The position numbers and the translations under genes were made by a program. The notes below the pieces were generated by a model. That model did no database searches, was not told the origin of the DNA, and worked only from the letters and a program-made list of their open reading frames with translations. Of a DNA stretch of 50,059 bases, positions 48,983 through 50,059 are shown piece by piece. Numbering within the stretch: the first letter of the stretch is position 1; every line of letters starts with the position of its first letter. Source of the stretch: Desulfuromonadales bacterium GWC2_61_20 (GTDB lineage Bacteria > Desulfobacterota > Desulfuromonadia > Desulfuromonadales > UBA2197); the NCBI GenBank assembly GCA_001799485.1, contig MGTO01000118.1, positions 1 to 50,059 of the forward strand. Direction: 5' to 3'.

Positions 48983-50059
48983 ATGTCTTTCCAGGAATTG
49001 AACCTCGCTGCTCCGATCCTCCGCGCCATCGAAAATTGCGGCTACACCGAACCGACCCCGATCCAGGCCCGCGCCATCCCCGAGATTCTCGCCGGCCGCG
49101 ACGTCCTTGCCACGGCCCAGACCGGCACCGGCAAGACCGCCGCCTTCATGCTCCCGGCCCTGCAGCGACTGAGCGAACTGAAGAAAGGTCCCAAGGGGGC
49201 GCCCCGCGTTCTCGTCGTCACTCCGACCCGCGAACTCGCCGCCCAGGTCACCGAGGCGACCCGCACCTACGGCCGCTTCCTCCATCTGCGCAGCGCCGTC
49301 ATCCTCGGCGGCACCCCCTACGGCCCGCAATTTCGCGAACTCGGCGCGCCCATCGACTTTGTCGTCGGCACCCCGGGACGCCTCATCGATCACCTGACGC
49401 GCAAAAGCCTCGATCTCTCCCGCCTCGAAGTCCTCATTCTCGACGAAGCCGACCGCATGCTCGACATGGGCTTCAAGGACGATCTGGAGAAGATCGTCGC
49501 CGCCGCGCCGGTCGGGCGCCAGACCCTCCTCTTCACCGCTACCCTCGACCGCACCATGGCCGATCTCGCCGGGCGCATGCTCAACCAGCCGGTACGTATC
49601 GACATCGCCGGCAAGAAGATGACTCTCGACCAGATCGAGCAGCGTCTCCACGTTGCCGACAATCTCGAGCACAAGAAGCTTCTCCTCAAGCACCTCGCCG
49701 CCGATGTCGCGGTGACCCGCGCCATCGTCTTTTCGGCAACCAAACGCGACGCCGACGCCCTCGCCCGCGATCTCACCCAGCAGGGGCATCGCGCCGCCGC
49801 CCTGCATGGCGACATGAATCAGGGGGCGCGCAACCGCACCGTGCGCGATCTGCGCAACGGCAAGGTCCGCCTTCTCGTCGCCACCGACGTCGCCGCTCGC
49901 GGCCTCGACATCAACGGCATCAGCCATGTCATCAACTTCGACCTGCCCATGGCCGCCGAGGACTATATCCACCGCATCGGCCGTACCGGCCGCGCCGGCG
50001 CCAGCGGCATCGCCATCTCCTTTGCCAGCAGCAGCGATTTCGATCGCCTCGCCCGCATC
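48983..50059 (+). CDS. DEAD-box ATP-dependent RNA helicase (3' end beyond window)
   Basis: My own translation is MSFQELNLAAPILRAIENCGYTEPTPIQARAIPEIL (Q motif), AQTGTGKT, PTRELA, DEAD (ILDEADRMLDMGF), ARGLDI and HRIGRTGRAG. The frame is open to the end of the window, so it is absent from the ORF track. Confidence 0.95.
   Translation, partial: MSFQELNLAAPILRAIENCGYTEPTPIQARAIPEILAGRDVLATAQTGTGKTAAFMLPALQRLSELKKGPKGAPRVLVVTPTRELAAQVTEATRTYGRFLHLRSAVILGGTPYGPQFRELGAPIDFVVGTPGRLIDHLTRKSLDLSRLEVLILDEADRMLDMGFKDDLEKIVAAAPVGRQTLLFTATLDRTMADLAGRMLNQPVRIDIAGKKMTLDQIEQRLHVADNLEHKKLLLKHLAADVAVTRAIVFSATKRDADALARDLTQQGHRAAALHGDMNQGARNRTVRDLRNGKVRLLVATDVAARGLDINGISHVINFDLPMAAEDYIHRIGRTGRAGASGIAISFASSSDFDRLARI

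Overview
High-GC chromosomal segment (over 60% G+C by eye). The gene content looks Desulfuromonadales/Geobacter-like, which is an inference from the protein families, not a database hit. Most of the window is core housekeeping in familiar synteny. In order: SRP RNA-dnaX-ybaB-recR; pyruvate:ferredoxin oxidoreductase; mglB-mglA; a GAF/sigma-54 activator divergent from a PAS-GGDEF-EAL gene; a FadN-type dehydrogenase/hydratase, a thiolase and a GlpD-like oxidoreductase; pepA; tRNA(CAU); Nif3 and a zinc-ribbon protein; RNase P RNA; a LOG-family protein; ferritin; a RIO kinase; a Cys-rich protein with a TonB-dependent receptor and TonB; kup; an orphan histidine kinase; a GreA-like protein with a methyltransferase; a GIY-YIG protein; an orphan solute-binding protein; uvrB; a UbiD-family decarboxylase; cysteine synthase; and a DEAD-box helicase that runs off the 3' edge. 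No CRISPR array, IS element, integrase or prophage signature was seen. Several features are hidden from the six-frame ORF track: (1) an 84-codon AhpD-like gene with an in-frame UGA in a CxxU motif and a SECIS-like hairpin 11 nt downstream; (2) an E. coli-style three-part -1 frameshift cassette inside dnaX; (3) the DEAD-box helicase, which has no stop in the window; (4) a 34-aa lysine-rich gene nested in a longer spurious ORF. The clearest accessory module is a complete LuxR/LuxI acyl-homoserine-lactone cassette at 42.2-44.2 kb. It has a lux-box palindrome and a degenerate receiver-like gene translationally coupled to luxI. The many long antisense ORFs in the track are high-GC shadow frames. 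All family assignments rest on motifs read by eye and on remembered family signatures; no searches were run.
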